From: Paraspadella gotoi
Taxonomy: Eukaryota > Animalia > Chaetognatha
NCBI GenBank assembly: GCA_051294375.1
Contig: CM119268.1
Coordinates: 3,700,981-3,764,980, forward strand
Direction: 5' to 3'
DNA length: 64,000 bases
Position 1 is the first letter of the stretch; every line of letters begins with the position of its first letter. Under the pieces are notes generated by a model. It had not been told where the DNA came from and ran no database searches. It worked only from the letters and a program-made list of their open reading frames with translations. Position numbers and translations under genes: made by a program. Of the stretch, positions 60,724 through 64,000 are shown piece after piece.

Positions 60724-60960
60724 CTCACCGACGTCGAATCGAACGCCGCTTTTTCTTTTCAAATTTGACGTCGCATTGTCGTAACGCGCCGATGACGCCG
60801 ACGCCGGTGACGCCGCCGCAGAACTTCCGGTTCCGGCGCCAACGATCGGCGCCGCCCACCGACGCCAACGCGTGACGGGACGACGCCCTCGGGGGAGACG
60901 CGCGAGTAAACGTCAAAAACGTTTTTACGGCGAAACATAAATTCGAATTCGTCGTCACCG
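60724..60960 (-). promoter_or_regulatory. CpG-dense island with tandem ETS-like sites; possible first exon on the minus strand
   Basis: The minus strand reads CCGGAACCGGAAGT at ~60823-60836 and ends in CG|GTGAGG at ~60729. CpG density is far above the flanks. Confidence 0.3.
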
Positions 60961-60964
60961 TTCC

Positions 60965-61225
60965 TCCTGGGCTCCTTTCCTTTTTTTCTTTCTCCTTTTT
61001 GCCTCCTGGGCTCCTTTCCTTTTTTCCTTCCTTTTCTTTGCCTTTCTTTTCTTTTTCTCCTGTGCTACTTTCATTTTTTTCCTTTTTCCTATTTTCCTCC
61101 TGGGCTCCTTTCCTTTTTGCCTTCCTTCTCTTTGCTTTCCTTTTCTTTTCTTCCTGGGCTCCTTTCCTTTTTTTCTCATTCCTCTTTCCCTCCCTTTCCT
61201 TTTTTTTCTAGGCTCCTTTCTTTTT
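60965..61225 (+). repeat. Short pyrimidine-rich repeat with core CCTGGGCTCCTTTCCTTTT, 4-5 copies
   Basis: Core at ~60966, 61005, 61099 and 61153, with a variant at 61208. Confidence 0.75.
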
Positions 61226-61680
61226 TTCTTTCCTTTTCTTTCCCTCCCTTTTCTTTTCCCCTTTCTTTTCTTCTTTGTTTTCCTTTCTTTCCCTCTTCTT
61301 TTTTCTCTTCATTTTTCCGCAACCTTTTCTTTTCTTTTCCGCCAACTTCTCATCCTTTTCTTTCCTCCTTCCTCCCTCTAAATCTTTTTTCCTTCTGCTC
61401 ATTTTTTGCTTCCAATATTTTTTTTCTCCGCCTTTCTCTTTCCCTCACCTGACTCCATTTTTCTTTTTCTTTTTTCCTTGTTTATTTTAATTTTTTCCCC
61501 TCTTTATTTCCGTTTCTTTCTTTTTTTTCATTTAGTTCCATTCTTTCGCCTGTCCGGTGCCAGTTTCCTTTTTCCTCCTCCTCCTCCTCTCCCTACTCTT
61601 TCTCCTCTTCTCTCGCGTCTTCCGCCATCTTTTTTTTCTTAAACTTCACCGTCAGAAATTAAAAGAAATGAAGCGAGAAA

Positions 61681-61722
<42 letters not shown>

Positions 61723-62269
61723 AAGGGAGATACTTGACTTCTTTAATTCAACGTCGTCTTAGATATTTTTCTTTTGTCTTTTTTTGTTTGTTGTTGTTTT
61801 CATTTCACGCGTCGCTTCTTTCTTTTTTTTCCTCCCTCTTCCCCTTTCCCATTCTCCCTTTCCTCCTCTTCTTTCCTCCCTTTCTTTTTCTCTTTTCCTC
61901 CCTCTTCCCCTTTCCCATTTTCCCTTTCCACCTCTCCTTTCTTCCGTTTTCTCTTCTCCTCTCATCCATTTCCTTTTCTCTCCCCCTTTCTCCTTTTTCC
62001 CCTTTTTTCCTTTATTCACTTCCTCCCTTTCCTCCTCCCCTTTCCTCTCTTTTCTTTTCTCCTTTCTTCCCTCCTCTCCTTTCCCATTTTCCCTTTCCTC
62101 CTCTCCTTTCTTCCCTCTCTTCCTCTTCTCTTATCCATTTTCTTTTCTCCTTTCCTCCCTTTTTTTCTCTTCCTCCCCAACCCTCCCGACCTTTGGGATA
62201 TTTTTCACTCTCGGCGGCGAAAGCGAGAACATTTGGTGAACAATATATGAAAAATCTGCCGGGAGGGAA

Positions 62270-62330
<61 letters not shown>

Positions 62331-62968
62331 ATCAATTTTTTAAAAATTCATTGTAGTAACTGTAGGCTGGAACCCCGTTTTTCCCAGCCACGATCACTGA
62401 NNNNNNNNNNNNNNNNNNNNNNNNNNNNNNNNNNNNNNNNNNNNNNNNNNNNNNNNNNNNNNNNNNNNNNNNNNNNNNNNNNNNNNNNNNNNNNNNNNNN
62501 AGATGAGAGATACATGAGAGTATGGAAACAGCGCGGGTTGCCTGTTGATGTGGTGTGATGTGAGTACTGGATGCGGCACATGCCGCACCTTCTCCAGGCT
62601 TTGTGGGACGGCTCTCTGACCCGCCTCATGATGCCTCTCAGTCATCGCTGGGCCTCGCGACGCTGCAGTCAGCGATTGTACTATGGCATTCTGTCATCAA
62701 GAGCGTGTGAGTCTGATCGGGATAGGGCTCGTAAAGTTGATGGAGTATTCAGCCGGATCTAGCTCTGCCTCCAACCGCAGAAGAGAAGAGTACGTACGCC
62801 AGGGTGGGACTGTGGATGGAACACAACGCCGGGGATGGGTGGTGTTCCCTCTGGTGGAACGTAAGGCGGTCTGAATATACCGCCAACAATACAATCAATT
62901 ATACCTTTTGAAATGAAAATAGGAATTTAATGCTTAAATATTAATCTTCCTTCTCTCAACTTACTCAG

Positions 62969-63053
62969 GTGGCTACTCAAGCCGTCTGGCGCCTCCGACG
63001 GACCGAACTTACCCTAACGAATGTTATCTGCGGCGGGAAGAATATGAGGAAAG
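62969..63053 (+). CDS. Probable internal exon encoding part of a Kazal/follistatin-type domain
   Basis: A pyrimidine tract and CAG acceptor end at 62968. The exon reads VATQAV-[tg(g)c=C]-ASDG-[extra c at 63003]-RTYPNECYLRRE, matching the Kazal consensus VCxSDGxTYxNxC. AG|GT follows at 63053/63054. Two single-base insertions must be removed. Confidence 0.72.
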
Positions 63054-64000
63054 GTAGTGATAGCGTTGTCTTGGCGGAGGAAGCTGGCGAGGAGAAGGGG
63101 AGGGATTTGAACGGAAGAGGAGGAGAGGAAGATAAGGAGGGGAAAGAGGAGGAAGAGGAGATGGAGGGCGAAAGAGGAGGAAAGAGAGGAGGATGAAAGA
63201 AAGGAGGAGGAAGAGGCAGGGAGGGCTAAGATGGAGGAGGGAGAGCAGAAGGAAGATGTGGACAATACTATTGTCAACACACAACAACAACAACGACAGC
63301 AGCAACCAAACCTATTTGTCATTCTGATGGTAATTTAAATTGTTAAATTTGATATTTTTGGTTCATATCATGTAAATTAAACATGCTCGTCATCTTGTAC
63401 TAAAACTACAAGGAATTAATATTTTAAATACTAAGCATCCATCAGCATATAAGTTCCTAAAGCACCCGTCAGCAAAATGATTCTGCATTGTAAGTTTGTA
63501 ACGTCTTCAAGTTTCTGACATGGCAAATTTTCTCACTCCAACCTTCGCCAAACACCGTGAGCGCAATATCCGTTTACGATTAAAGACTTCAACTCTAGTG
63601 AAGCTCGCGGTTAAAATTTTCTAACCTTGCACAAAAACACGTGAGTGAATATCTTCTGCTATCGCAGAGACTTCAACTTCGTGGAAATCCGCGATGAAGA
63701 ATCGAAGCGAAAAAAAATTTTTCGCCAAAAAATCTTCGTCCGTCGTTTTTTCGATTTCTTGAAGACAAAAACCGAAAAAAAATCGAATTCCGTGGAAATT
63801 AGTTCATCGCCGACGAAGAAGGGGACGGGGGTCTGTCTGCGCTGAAGATGGGGGAAGGAGGCGGCGTAAGTAAGGGGGGTGGCGGTGTGAGATGAAATTA
63901 TAAGATCAAAGATCGTATAAATATAGAAGAAAAGTAACTTCTATGAAAGTGGTAAATCATATAATATATCCATTCATTTAATAAATAACTATCTTCTGGC

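Noticed and set aside
61557-62558. 333-aa F/L/S/P-rich ORF, and the many similar SLSLSL, ERERER and poly-F ORFs
   Set aside because: These are translations of polypyrimidine/polypurine and microsatellite tracts that lack stop codons by composition, or that run through N gaps.

Overview
Eukaryotic (invertebrate-like; species not determinable here) draft-assembly DNA: AT-rich, saturated with (GA/CT)n, (GAC/GTC)n, (AAAG)n and polypurine/polypyrimidine tracts, with many N gaps. Nearly all ORFs in the supplied track are low-complexity or gap-spanning artefacts. Supportable content: (1) a frameshifted non-LTR retrotransposon on the minus strand at ~5375-9000, with a CCHC gag-like ORF1 and an APE endonuclease plus reverse transcriptase ORF2, cut at a gap; (2) a probable Kazal/follistatin-domain exon on the plus strand at 62969-63053; (3) an ~820-bp AT-rich fold-back (41991-42813, repeated at ~57530-58332 and partly at 44432-44586) whose arms carry complementary remnants of a Penelope-type minimal hammerhead ribozyme; (4) CpG-rich patches with RFX X-box, E-box, YY1 and ETS motifs; (5) several minisatellites and a telomere-like hexamer tract. 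Much of 0.5-5.3 kb and 21-59 kb consists of near-duplicate copies that differ by scattered indels and often border exactly-25-N gaps. This most likely reflects long-read gap filling and/or haplotype duplication rather than true segmental duplication. I found no convincing new multi-gene system; the hammerhead-bearing fold-back is the most unusual signal.
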